This document shows positions 23,424 to 34,214 of a DNA stretch of 64,000 nt, piece after piece. Source of the DNA: Williopsis jadinii (taxonomy: Eukaryota). The translations under genes and the position numbers were made by a program. The stretch lies in NCBI GenBank assembly GCA_024346625.1, contig AP024665.1, positions 1,488,001 to 1,552,000 of the forward strand. Reading direction: 5' to 3'. The notes under the pieces were generated by a model. That model did no database searches. It had not been told where the DNA came from and worked only from the letters and a program-made list of their open reading frames with translations. Positions within the stretch are counted from its first letter, which is position 1. Each line of letters begins with the position of its first letter.

Positions 23424-25523
23424 TCAGTCGTGATAACCACTGCTAACGAATGCATGTTTCACATATGTTTTCCACAACTCATCCAAGCTTTTCTTGTTTT
23501 GTAATTCGTTTAAGTTGTCACTATCATATTCGTTGCTTGCGGTTTCACTTGATTTGGTTTTTGGCTTTTTGATTGGTTTGGCGAGTTTACGGGCCAATGA
23601 AACGTAATCGTCCACTAAGAGCGATTCAAGTTTATAAGGATGACCATCGGATGTGTACTCGACTTCGTAATCGAATGGTTTCGTCTCTTCGTTAACTGAC
23701 TTCAAATCTAGATAGTATTGAACGAATCGAAGAGGTGAAAACGTTTGTGGGGTATAACCTGGGCCTAAAGTAGCACCTTCTGGCATTGGCTTAGGTAATG
23801 AGATATCAGGCCCTTTGTTCTTCTTCTTCTTGTTTTTTCTCTTCTCTATTTCAACAAAATCATCTTCGAGGTCATCATAGTCGTCGTCGTCATTTTGATC
23901 ATCCAACGAAATCATTGCATCAAGTTCAGCGAAGAACTGTGTCCATGGTTTAGCCTTTAAAGACAACGATTCTTCTATGCCTGTAATGTTGTACTCCCAC
24001 ACTCTAAATCCTGGATTAAAAGTTGGGATCACAGATGCAGCAACGTTTGTAATGGCATAACGATCAGAATGTTGACCTGACTTCTTCAAGCCTTTTACAT
24101 CCACATAAAAGGTTTCTCTAACAGAATCCATATATGCCTCTTTGTTAGATGGAACACCACCCATTGCATGTGCTTCCTTAGCGGCAATAGCAACGTTCAA
24201 ATCATGTTCAGAAACGTTGAATCCCATGTTTAAATATTGGTGTTCGAGATCGATGTCAAATTCAGCTTCATCATCTTCCAATGCTTCGTCCAATATGTGA
24301 GCGAATTGTCCATCAATTTCGAATCCCTGCCGTATTAGAGAATCCTGGTATGACTTATATGCCTTTTTAGCATCCACCGGAATGAAATGGTCAATATTCA
24401 TATGCCCATATACACCACCAACAATAATATCTCTGTATTCATGCAGCCACATGACGAATTTCCTATAGCAGGTGATGTCGTAGTTCTTTGGAATTGGTGG
24501 GACGTGACCACTTAACCATACTTTCATATTACGTTCTCGAAGTTCATCAAGGGTCACACCTAACCATTGGAACAACTTAAACCCGGGATCCTTTCTATTA
24601 TCACAGTTGTCCACCAACGGATTAGATTTGAACAGATAGAGGGTATTGATCGATAACACCGCAAGCTTATTCGGTACAACCTCTGTAAAGTAATAGGAGC
24701 CTCTTTGAAAGATGTGTAGTTGTTCTTCAGAGATGAAGTTCTGCCAAATGTTCCAAAGCTCTCTCGTCTGTAAAGTTGGACCAGGAGCAAACAAGTTATG
24801 TGGATAAACGTCGTTATTGCCCAGACTTGGCACCACAGGAACGTCATAGTGTCTCGGGTCCAGGGCATCGCCGTGGAAGAGGTCATGGAACAAGTTCGCC
24901 ACACGGGTGTTCATATCAAAGATCTCCATTTCAGTACGAGGTATCTTTCTGTCGTTATCATGTCTAATGTTGTCACCGGTCCAAACGACAAAATCAATCT
25001 TGTCCCTTAGATGTGTTTTGACCCACTCCAACGTTTGGTTCATCAGGATCATTGGGGAGTCGCATCCAAGCATGGCGTCACCGTACTTGGACGCGCCAGC
25101 CGACCCTTTACCAGGTTTCCCTCTATGACATGAGTTATCTTCGATATTAGCGCCCGCCTCATAGAACTCATCTGGGTGTATATCGGTCAAGTGTAGAAAC
25201 CTCCCGTGTAATACTTTGGACCTGTGGTTTCCTAGCAGCTTAACTGGTCTCTGCGGCGTCAGCCCTAACCGCTGGTACTCTTCAACGTCGATGTCGATGT
25301 ATTCTACCGCCGAGACCATCTCATCCTCAACAGAGGCTTGGGCCGCCCCTGTTGTTGCCATCGTTGTTGCTGTATTGCTCGATAGCGATGATGCCATCAC
25401 TTCCGTCAAAATGTCACGATAGCCCCACAGCGCCAGCATGGGGAGACACAGCAGTGACGTTATGATAAGCCATTTCGGTCTGCTCATGTGCTTACTGGGC
25501 ACTTGTACGGTGTTGACGCCCAT
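23424..25523 (-). CDS. PPN1: Vacuolar endopolyphosphatase (calcineurin-like metallophosphoesterase, N-terminal TM)
   Basis: GRFLHLTDIHPD, GCDSP, WTGDNIRHDND, LGNNDVYPHN, GHVPP, YGHMNIDHF, SVIPTFNPGFRVWEYN motifs. Confidence 0.95.
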   Translation of the reverse strand: MGVNTVQVPSKHMSRPKWLIITSLLCLPMLALWGYRDILTEVMASSLSSNTATTMATTGAAQASVEDEMVSAVEYIDIDVEEYQRLGLTPQRPVKLLGNHRSKVLHGRFLHLTDIHPDEFYEAGANIEDNSCHRGKPGKGSAGASKYGDAMLGCDSPMILMNQTLEWVKTHLRDKIDFVVWTGDNIRHDNDRKIPRTEMEIFDMNTRVANLFHDLFHGDALDPRHYDVPVVPSLGNNDVYPHNLFAPGPTLQTRELWNIWQNFISEEQLHIFQRGSYYFTEVVPNKLAVLSINTLYLFKSNPLVDNCDNRKDPGFKLFQWLGVTLDELRERNMKVWLSGHVPPIPKNYDITCYRKFVMWLHEYRDIIVGGVYGHMNIDHFIPVDAKKAYKSYQDSLIRQGFEIDGQFAHILDEALEDDEAEFDIDLEHQYLNMGFNVSEHDLNVAIAAKEAHAMGGVPSNKEAYMDSVRETFYVDVKGLKKSGQHSDRYAITNVAASVIPTFNPGFRVWEYNITGIEESLSLKAKPWTQFFAELDAMISLDDQNDDDDYDDLEDDFVEIEKRKNKKKKNKGPDISLPKPMPEGATLGPGYTPQTFSPLRFVQYYLDLKSVNEETKPFDYEVEYTSDGHPYKLESLLVDDYVSLARKLAKPIKKPKTKSSETASNEYDSDNLNELQNKKSLDELWKTYVKHAFVSSGYHD

Positions 25524-25602
25524 AGCAAAGCCGCTCTATCCTCTTCAACGTTGGTGTTTACGTTGATGATGTTTTAAAGGGAGGAGAAATGCGCTTTTGA
25601 AT

Positions 25603-25610
25603 TAGCCGCC
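25603..25610. promoter_or_regulatory. URS1 (Ume6) core TAGCCGCC in the PPN1/permease divergent promoter
   Basis: Exact TAGCCGCC match. Confidence 0.5.
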
Positions 25611-25838
25611 AGCGGTTTTTTGCTTTTGTGGCCTCGCTCAGGAAATTTATGGAAAGCCGGGTAACACCATAATGGCTGTATGCGTGCCAGAAAGGGAATA
25701 TTACCTAAGTGGGATATTTTTTCTATGGGGTATATGCACTCCTACAAGGTCATCACCAAGTATTTAAGACGGCTTATGCTTGTTTATCTTCACCATTTGG
25801 TGTCCTGGGAGAAGAGGCTGGGAGCAGATAGGAAATAT

Positions 25839-27458
25839 ATGATGCTGTTGAGGTGGCTTATACCCAAGGATCTCGACGAAACAAGAGACACACCGCCACA
25901 GGTTTATAATGCACAGGTGTATTGGTGCTGCTTGCTGGCGTCTTCGATGGCTGTGGTTATCGGGTACGATAGCGGGTTCACATCAGGAATGGTTAGCCTG
26001 TACAGCTTCCAGTCTGAGTTTGGTATCGACGTGATGGAGCCACTGGAACGGTCTCAAACGCTGGAAAGAATCATTTCGCTGTTCCAGGCTGGCGCGCTCT
26101 GTGGCACGCTGTTGATCTATCCACTGGGACAGCTGTACGGGCGTAAGTTCAGCTTTGTTGTTATCACAGCTGTTTTGCTTCTTGGTTCAGTATTGCAACT
26201 GTTTGCCAACAGCGAGAATGGGCTATGGCCCATGTACCTCGGCAGGTTTTTAAGCGGCATTGGTATAGGCTCTTTTTCGAACTTGGGCCCAATCTATATA
26301 GTTGAGTTGAGCGTCCCAAGTATAAGGGGACAGCTGGTTGGGTTTTACGAGATTGCATGGCAAATTGGAGGAGTGATGGGGTTCTGGATCAACTACATAA
26401 CGTCTGTGACGATTGACGACGCCCAGAGGATCCAATGGTTAATACCTTGCTCGCTGCAGTTGTTACCACCGGTGTTATTTGCGTCCCAGCTGTACACCTT
26501 AATCGAGTCCCCCAGATGGCTGTACAGCGTCGGGCTTACTGACGAGGCACTGATAAACATGTGTAAGTTGAGAGACCTCTTACCAGATGATCCATATATC
26601 GAGTATGAGGTCTCCACAATTCACAGGGAACACCATGAAAAGATAACACAGGTCGGATCGAGCCTGTGGGACCCATTCAGATGTATCTTTAAAACGCATC
26701 AGCTGAGGATACGGCTACTGATGTCAATGTCACTGTTCGTGATGCAAAACACGCTCGCAGTCAACGCGGTCAACTACTATTCCCCAAGGATATTCCAGAC
26801 CATGGGGGTAAGCTCACTGAGCGCCTCACTGCTATCAACAGGAGTATTTGGTGTGATAAAGGGCATCTGCTGTTTAATCTGGTCCATGACAATTGTCGAC
26901 CGTTATGGCCGGAGACCGTGTCTAATCGTGGGACTCGTCGTCTGTGCGCTGTGCTTCACCTATATCGGGTTCTACATCAAGCTTGCAAACCCAGCTCTGG
27001 GCACGGAGCCACACGACGGTGCAGACTCCCGGCTGGGAACAGGCGGGATCTTTGCACTGCTCGTGTTCTACGTATGGACCGTGTCGTATGGTCTCTCGTG
27101 GAGTGGGACACCGTGGGTTTGGAACTCGGAGGTTTTCCCCACCAACGTGCGCACCGCCTCGAGCGCACTCAACTCGTGTTCCAACTGGGCGTGTGCGTAC
27201 GTGATGGCGAGATTCTCCGAGGAGATGATCGACTCCTTAGGGTACGCAACCTTCTGGGTGTTTGCCCTCGGGATGGCGATATCGTTACCCGTCTTTTACC
27301 TCTTCTACCCAGAGACAAAGGGCGTTCCTGTCGAGTTCATGGATCAGCTGTTCAACTACAACGCTCCACAGGCTCACTCCATTGTCCATGGATACCTCGA
27401 GACACACAAGCACGATGGACTAGACGACATCCCGGAGCACCTGAGCTTGCTCTCATGA
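25839..27458 (+). CDS. MFS sugar-porter family permease, quinate permease (QutD/Qa-y)-like
   Basis: TPPQVYNAQVY..AS...IGYDSG N-terminus resembles fungal quinate permeases; GRFLSG, PSIRGQL, ESPRWL, NAVNYYSPRIF, VDRYGRR, SEVFP, PETKG motifs. Start at 25839 preferred over 25680. Confidence 0.85.
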   Translation: MMLLRWLIPKDLDETRDTPPQVYNAQVYWCCLLASSMAVVIGYDSGFTSGMVSLYSFQSEFGIDVMEPLERSQTLERIISLFQAGALCGTLLIYPLGQLYGRKFSFVVITAVLLLGSVLQLFANSENGLWPMYLGRFLSGIGIGSFSNLGPIYIVELSVPSIRGQLVGFYEIAWQIGGVMGFWINYITSVTIDDAQRIQWLIPCSLQLLPPVLFASQLYTLIESPRWLYSVGLTDEALINMCKLRDLLPDDPYIEYEVSTIHREHHEKITQVGSSLWDPFRCIFKTHQLRIRLLMSMSLFVMQNTLAVNAVNYYSPRIFQTMGVSSLSASLLSTGVFGVIKGICCLIWSMTIVDRYGRRPCLIVGLVVCALCFTYIGFYIKLANPALGTEPHDGADSRLGTGGIFALLVFYVWTVSYGLSWSGTPWVWNSEVFPTNVRTASSALNSCSNWACAYVMARFSEEMIDSLGYATFWVFALGMAISLPVFYLFYPETKGVPVEFMDQLFNYNAPQAHSIVHGYLETHKHDGLDDIPEHLSLLS

Positions 27459-28025
27459 GCCGGAATGACCCAGCGCGCCAGAGCCCCCAGGCCCTTATCT
27501 TGAAAACCCCAACACCCGCGCCCTTATCTCTGTTTTCCCCTGTTTATCTGTTTTTATAACAATTACGTCATATGCACCAGACCAGGCCAAAAGTGCGCAA
27601 GCCGTGTAATGCCCGATGATAAGCGAAGAATGCCGCAAAACATCCAGACACCCATACTTAAGCACCATGTTTGCTGCTGTTTTTTCCCACAACCGATACG
27701 CCAGATAAGCATTCTGCTTGGGAGAGAGGGGGCCGTTTCCAAAGGGGGGCAGGGTGCTTTGGCGGTGTGGCACCAGAGGCTCCCTCTCGCTGCCTGATCG
27801 ATGATAAACAACAGGCCATTTGGCACAGGGGAGGGAAACCCATCACGGCCACGACGAGTTTATGGAGGCCGCCTCCCTTGGCCCTTTCCACAGGCTTGTA
27901 GATGCCACTATAAATACACGGGGAGATCCCGTGATCGTCTCCTTCCGTGTTCCTCTTCCTCCACTGCGAATAAGATACACACACAGTACCCGTTACACAA
28001 GCAAGCACACAATCACACCAGTTAT

Positions 28026-29129
28026 ATGACAATCACATCCTCTCTGAGCATCGTTGTTATTGGATTTGGACTCATTGGCCCTAGACACGCCCAAGCAGTT
28101 GACGAATGCCCTCAAACGCACTTAGCCGCTCTAGTTGACCCGTTCAAAACCCACGAGAAGCGTCATACCGCACGCACGATGTTCCCTTCGGTTCCACACT
28201 TCAGGACCTTGGAAGGCCTGCTGGCAAGCGGCATCCACATCGACGGGGCCATCGTGTGTACACCTAACCACACGCACTTGCACGTGGCCCAGGTGTTGGC
28301 GAAGCACAACATTGCCATGCTGATTGAGAAGCCGATCTCGCCAGACGTTGAAGACGCGGTGAAGATCAAGCGGCTCTCAGAGGACACGGGGATCCCTATG
28401 ATTATAGGACACCACAGACGGTTCAACCCGTATGTGTTGGCCACCAGGGACCATCTACACAGGTGCGGTAAGATCATCGCGGTTGATGCGGTGTGGTGTC
28501 TACAGAAGTGCGAGTCGTACTTCAAGCAAACGCCATGGCGCTGCTCCAAGAAGATGGGCGGCGGTGTCATCAACCTGAACTTGGTTCACGATTTGGACCT
28601 TTTGCAGTATCTGCTGGGTCCGATCAAGTGTGTTTACGCCACGGAGTGTGAGAAGACCCGTGATGATAACACCGGTGAAGATGCCGTTGTTGAAGGCGCA
28701 GTGCTGACGTTGACCTTCCAGAGCGGCACACGGGGCTCGTTTATCGTTTGCGACAACGTTATATCCCCTGCTAACTTTGAGATGGGTACCGGTGAGAATC
28801 CGTTGATCGAGAAGAACTCGCAGGGAATCGATGGCGTGTTCTATAGGTTCTTGGGTACCAGGGGAACCTTATCAGTTCCAGACTTAACCTTGTTCCATCA
28901 GGATGGTTCAAAGGAAACCGGCTGGTGGAGTCCTATGCACAAGGAGTCCATCGATGCCGACGTTGAAGGTGTTCCATTTGCACTACAGGTGGAGCACTTT
29001 GCTAAAGTTATGAAGGGTGAAGAAGAACCAAGGTGTACCCCTGATGACGGGATCAGGGCGATGCTGGCCATCGACGCCGTTGTCAAGTCCTTGGAGACTG
29101 ACATGCCAGTCAAAGTTGCTGCCATTTGA
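28026..29129 (+). CDS. Gfo/Idh/MocA-family NAD(P)-dependent oxidoreductase, QutH-like (paralog 1)
   Basis: ATG at 28026. GFGLIGPRHA, VCTPNHTH, IEKPIS, GHHRRFNPY, NLVHDLD, NFEMGTGENP motifs; TATAAA at 27909. Confidence 0.9.
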   Translation: MTITSSLSIVVIGFGLIGPRHAQAVDECPQTHLAALVDPFKTHEKRHTARTMFPSVPHFRTLEGLLASGIHIDGAIVCTPNHTHLHVAQVLAKHNIAMLIEKPISPDVEDAVKIKRLSEDTGIPMIIGHHRRFNPYVLATRDHLHRCGKIIAVDAVWCLQKCESYFKQTPWRCSKKMGGGVINLNLVHDLDLLQYLLGPIKCVYATECEKTRDDNTGEDAVVEGAVLTLTFQSGTRGSFIVCDNVISPANFEMGTGENPLIEKNSQGIDGVFYRFLGTRGTLSVPDLTLFHQDGSKETGWWSPMHKESIDADVEGVPFALQVEHFAKVMKGEEEPRCTPDDGIRAMLAIDAVVKSLETDMPVKVAAI

Positions 29130-30168
29130 CTTTAATTCTCGGGTTTTTGTTTAGTTGGTTAATCATATGATCAATGTATACCATAGTTGTACTTTGTTAT
29201 AGCTGCGAACTTGGCAGTGCCTGTGCCTGTGACAGGTATTGAACTTCCCAGGTGGTGATCTCGGTATCGATCTTGTCTAAGGGCTTCAGCTCTGAATTGA
29301 CTCCCTCACTTTGAAGTGGTATTCTAAGATCCGGATCTTTGGGGGTATTTAACGATGGAAGTACTTCCAGATGATGGGCGAGGACGACTCTGTAAGCCAT
29401 ATTGACTGTGAAGGGGGATATGAAGCATACAATGACTGCTTGACGGCAGAATGTAAAGGTAACAGGGCTCGAATGGGCTGTTACTACACTCACCATCAAG
29501 TCTTTAGAATTGCTTAAAGTTTCTAAACTCGGATCTCGTTAGTCTTGCTGTCCTGTAGAGGACAGTTTTGGTGAGCAATGTGTGCTGTTAGCATCACCAT
29601 ATGCTCGCTATTGGGCAGGCAACGCTTCAATTACACACCTGATGTTTCTCCAAGTCATTATCTAAGTGGAGCCTAGCACCGGGCCTTTTATACAGAGCTC
29701 CATTTCTCAGCGTGAACCACACTAGTACTCCTCCCTCAGTGCTTTGGTATGAAACGAATCACCAGACGGAGAGGCCAGTATCTCTTTCGGGCTGTACGTA
29801 CATGTTATTCACAATACAGCTTGTATTGTCAATCGCCTTCCACTCATATGGCACAGTCTCGTCCCTTCTTTACTAACAGGACCGCAAGCTTCTCCTCTAT
29901 GCTGAGAATACCCAAGCAACCAGCTCACCAATGTTCCTAACCGTCAAGTTACAAGGCAAACTACAATACAACAGTGGTGTTCAACTGAGAGTCCTGTTCA
30001 AGCCTAAAAATTGTAAAGACCTGCACTTAGAATAGCCATAGAAAGCAGCACCATGTGGGTAAAGCACATAAATCGCCAAAACACTACAGACAAGTCGGTG
30101 CATCCCAATCCAATGCTCCGATTCATAGCATACGCTCAATACCTGTAACAGCTAAGCATCGCAACCAC

Positions 30169-30268
30169 ATTCCGAAGATATTCCGACCAAGTCAGGATTA
30201 AATTCCGAGTGAATTCCGAAAAAGCCCCGACCCAATTCCGAAACGCTCTTCCCCAGCTAAGGCGGCTA
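30169..30268. promoter_or_regulatory. Five ATTCCGA repeats plus URS1 (GGCGGCTA) upstream of oxidoreductase paralog 2
   Basis: ATTCCGA at 30169, 30180, 30202, 30213 and 30235; GGCGGCTA at 30261. Confidence 0.55.
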
Positions 30269-30640
30269 AAATGGTGTCACAAAGAGAAAAAAAAAGCAAC
30301 TCCACAGTCTCGAGACAGCCATAAAAACTTTTTCCATTGCAGAGATTTTACTTTCTTTGTTTCATCAACAGAAAAATCCTTCTACCCCCAGCACTCCATT
30401 CGTTCTGTGAAGGAAGCATTCATTTGAACTTTGTATTCTATTCCGGTTGCTAATAGCTGGCTTCCACGTTCTGGTGAGTTATAACAGCCGCGGTTCCTCA
30501 GGACCACGAGGCTTTATATATACGTTCCGTGCATGAGTCATTGTGTACTGTGATCAACGTGGTGTATGAAGCCACGGCGCTAAAGAAGCATTCCCTGGCT
30601 AACGAGAGTAGCTGATAATAGCTGAAAGGTGACTATAAGG

Positions 30641-31735
30641 ATGACTATCGCTGTGTCGAACGTTGTTGTGGTGGGCTATGGTCTCATTGGACCACGTCAC
30701 GCCCACGCGGTTAACAACTGTCCTTCCACGAACCTCGTGGGGATCGTTGAGTCCTACCTCACGGAGGAGAAGAGACAGGCTGCCCTGGCGGAGTTCCCAG
30801 GCGTCAAGTTCTTCTCCTCTGTGGAGGAGTGCTTGGAGAGTGGGGTGAAGATCGAAGGTGCCGTGGTTTGCACGCCAAACCACACACACTATGCGATTTC
30901 AAAGTTGTTATTGCAGAACAACGTCAACGTTCTAGTTGAAAAGCCTATAAGTCCAAACGTTGAAGAAGCCCGTGAGTTGAAGCGCGTTGCACTGAGACAC
31001 GGAGTGAAGCTCTTGGTTGGCCATCACAGAAGATTTAACCCCTATGTCATGGCGACGAAGAGACACTTGCACAAGTGTGGACAGATAGTTGCCGTTGATG
31101 CGGTTTGGTGCTTGAAGAAATGCGAGGAATACTTTGAGCAGGCTCCTTGGAGACGCTCGAAGGAACAAGGCGGTGGTGTCTTAAACATCAACCTGGTTCA
31201 CGATTTGGATTTGTTACAGTACTTTTTGGGTCCGTTGAGCGAAGTGTACGCCTCGCCCGTGGAGAAGACCAGGGACCCTTCAGAAGATTCAGTGGAGGAA
31301 GGTGCTGTCATACTGATGACATTTGCCAATGGCACTAGAGGAACCTTTATAGTCTGTGACAACGTTGTCTCACCGGCAAATTTCGAAATGGGCACAGGAG
31401 AGAACCCACTTATACCTCAGATTGAGGATTCCACGGATGGAGTTTTCTACAGATTCTTCGGAACCCAGGGGTCATTAAGTGTGCCTGATTTGAGACTCTT
31501 CCATCAGAAGGATTTGAAGCAACCTTCTTGGTGGGAAAAGATTTGTAAGGAGCACTTGGACGAGGATCTCAGCTCGATCCCATTTGCACTTCAAATGGAA
31601 CATTTTGGTAACGTCATCCAAGGTGAGGAGGAACCAAGCTGTACTGCAGATGACGGTGTCATGGCAATGAACGCTGTCAATGCTGTGATTGAATCCTTGG
31701 ATACGCAAAAACCAGTAAAAGTCCTGAATGCTTAG
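30641..31735 (+). CDS. Gfo/Idh/MocA-family oxidoreductase, QutH-like (paralog 2)
   Basis: ATG at 30641. Same motif set as 28026..29129 and aligns end to end with it by eye. Confidence 0.9.
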   Translation: MTIAVSNVVVVGYGLIGPRHAHAVNNCPSTNLVGIVESYLTEEKRQAALAEFPGVKFFSSVEECLESGVKIEGAVVCTPNHTHYAISKLLLQNNVNVLVEKPISPNVEEARELKRVALRHGVKLLVGHHRRFNPYVMATKRHLHKCGQIVAVDAVWCLKKCEEYFEQAPWRRSKEQGGGVLNINLVHDLDLLQYFLGPLSEVYASPVEKTRDPSEDSVEEGAVILMTFANGTRGTFIVCDNVVSPANFEMGTGENPLIPQIEDSTDGVFYRFFGTQGSLSVPDLRLFHQKDLKQPSWWEKICKEHLDEDLSSIPFALQMEHFGNVIQGEEEPSCTADDGVMAMNAVNAVIESLDTQKPVKVLNA

Positions 31736-32910
31736 ATTCACGAGTGAATTGGCACTAGATGAATAGGTTGTGACGATAAAGATATGAAGTCATGTGTATA
31801 TACGTTTATATTCAATGAAAAAAAAAACAGTTCAAACTAAATATCGTGTCAATCCATGTATCACACGCGTACCAATCCTGCCTTTAGGATCCACCTGTTA
31901 AATATTCACCATGTCGTTAATTTATTGACTCCAACTAAAGGTGTGTATGTATGCAATTTAAAGGCCTTGTTCAACTAACGTGTTTAATTTAAAAGCATTC
32001 AAAGACCTTTGAACGTACCTTCCCTGGCTCTTCCCAAAACGGCTAATTTATGCACAGTCCCTGTGGTGCGTGAGGACCTCAGAGGGCGTGCCTGGATTCT
32101 ACAAAACGGGACCTTTGGTAATTGAGTACATCGTTTAAAGGGTAGGTTTTCACAACAACAAATCTACCAGACAGCCAATTGAAACCAAGGCGACTGACGC
32201 GTAGTGTTTTCAGACCATTGGTATACAATCCACGCTGTTTGAAGATGGATCTGATCAATTTCTAACCAGAGATCCCATATTGACAAGGCTGTCTCTTTCA
32301 ACAAAGAGGCTTCACACACGTAACGACGGTTTGATGAACCAAACCTGTTGCACTAACTGCCACATGAGCGAAGAGCGACCCGGCTTATAGACAAAACACG
32401 CTTTCACCAGAAACAGGCAAACTTCATACCTCAGCAATACAAACAGAAAACAACATCAACAGAGCGTGTTTGGTACCGCCTTCGGTTTAGAGTTTGCAAT
32501 TCACACGCGCCTTGCTGCACATCGGCGCAAGGCAGAAGACGCGGTTGAAAACTCAAAGGTTCAGCGCATGCTAAAGTTCACTCAAAGTGTAAACAAACGA
32601 CTCCTTTTGGAGCCTTTTCCTTATTCCAAATGAACCGCATCGTGCCTACAGGTTCTACAGAAGGACGTTGCTCAAAGTGGTAGCTGCTCGGCGAATGGGT
32701 CGAGAAGCACGTACTTTATTTAATTTAAATTGTAGGCATATACACGAAACCTTTCAGAGAAATGTTGCATGAATGAGAGATATTTGATCTTTTGAGTCTA
32801 CGTGTATAAAAGAATCCGTAAATCTCACAAACAAGGACACAGGCTACTTGGACACGCACGCACGCTTTCTCTTCTCAAGTTCTCCAAAGCCTGATCCCCT
32901 ATTGATTATT

Positions 32911-34155
32911 ATGTCATTGACCATGAGCCCACCATCCGTCACACAATCTTCACAGAGAGCCGGTACACAACTCCCACCGTTATCATCCATACTCAACTCC
33001 CCAAAGGATCACTCTGAGCCTGTGTCTCCAGTACAGGATGCCAGACAACCACAGCTGAAGCCTTTGGACATGAGAACTCCGATTAGATTACCATCTTTCG
33101 ATTCTTTGCAGTTTGACAAAGTGAGACCAGCATTCCACCACTCCCACTCTTTCAGTGGACTCACGTCTGTCTCAAAGATCTCAGCAACACCAAGGGGATC
33201 CTTCACTCTTTCAACGCCGGTCTCTACAAAGCCAAGCCTCACAAGCACACACCATTCGTCCTCTACAACATCACTTCCACAACTCACAAGTTCAACGTTA
33301 CATACTCCTGTTTCAACAATAGGTCAACCAGTTGCAGGTCAACAGGAATCGCCATTGGTTGAAAAGAGATCGTTTGCCTTCATCTCCCACTCTCCATCGA
33401 CCTTCCCTTCCCAGGAACCTTCTATTGACAACGCTCAATTGGCACGTCGCAAGCGCAGAAGAACTTCGCCAGGCGAGTTGGCTGTGTTGTTGGCAGAGTT
33501 CCAACTCGGGCAAACCCCAAACAGGGCAAAGAGGATTGAGATTGCCTCCAAGGTGAACATGACCGAAAAGGCTGTACAGATCTGGTTCCAGAACAGAAGA
33601 CAAACCCTTAGACGTCAATCAAATACCCAGAGAGAGGTTCATCATTTGGAATTACCACCACAGATGACCCCATTTACTCCAGTGTCCAGCGAATTGAAGA
33701 CCGATTACCAGCCAACTTCTCCTCCTCAACATCAACAACAGCCACAGCATGGCTCATCTTCTCCAGTTCACAATACACCATCACGTCCACCGCGTAACTC
33801 GTCAAGCTCTAAATCACCAAACACATTCACATTCCGTCTGACAAAGCATTCCACTTCTCCAGTGAAGACAGAGACGATAATGACACCAGTGGCACCTGGT
33901 TATAGATCGAGACAGAAGCCAGTAATGAGAGTTAACTCACAACCGGCAACCTCTGAGACACATTCATCTCCAGTGCATAGTGAGAACGTGTCACCAAAAT
34001 CTTCACCCGTTAAATCGCCTGTGAAGAGAACGATTGAAGGTGAAAGTGTAAAGAGACAGCCACTAGCGGAGATCTGCCTCAACAAGGATATCAAGCCTGA
34101 CACCAAGGATTCATCGGTGGTAAGTCTACCAAAGATGAAACAGTTGGTAGAGTAA
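32911..34155 (+). CDS. YOX1: Homeodomain transcriptional repressor Yox1/Yhp1
   Basis: ATG at 32911. FAFISHSPSTFPSQEPSIDNAQLARRKRRRTS...VQIWFQNRRQ; MCB sites at about 31865 and 32197. Confidence 0.9.
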   Translation: MSLTMSPPSVTQSSQRAGTQLPPLSSILNSPKDHSEPVSPVQDARQPQLKPLDMRTPIRLPSFDSLQFDKVRPAFHHSHSFSGLTSVSKISATPRGSFTLSTPVSTKPSLTSTHHSSSTTSLPQLTSSTLHTPVSTIGQPVAGQQESPLVEKRSFAFISHSPSTFPSQEPSIDNAQLARRKRRRTSPGELAVLLAEFQLGQTPNRAKRIEIASKVNMTEKAVQIWFQNRRQTLRRQSNTQREVHHLELPPQMTPFTPVSSELKTDYQPTSPPQHQQQPQHGSSSPVHNTPSRPPRNSSSSKSPNTFTFRLTKHSTSPVKTETIMTPVAPGYRSRQKPVMRVNSQPATSETHSSPVHSENVSPKSSPVKSPVKRTIEGESVKRQPLAEICLNKDIKPDTKDSSVVSLPKMKQLVE

Positions 34156-34214
34156 AGCAGATACATAGAACGAACCAATAACGAATGAACGATTAGAAAT
34201 GTTTTTTATACACA

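Noticed and set aside
30564..30621. Possible 5'-UTR intron (GTATGA..GGCTAAC..TAG) before oxidoreductase 2
   Set aside because: All signals are non-consensus and there is no frame constraint to test them.
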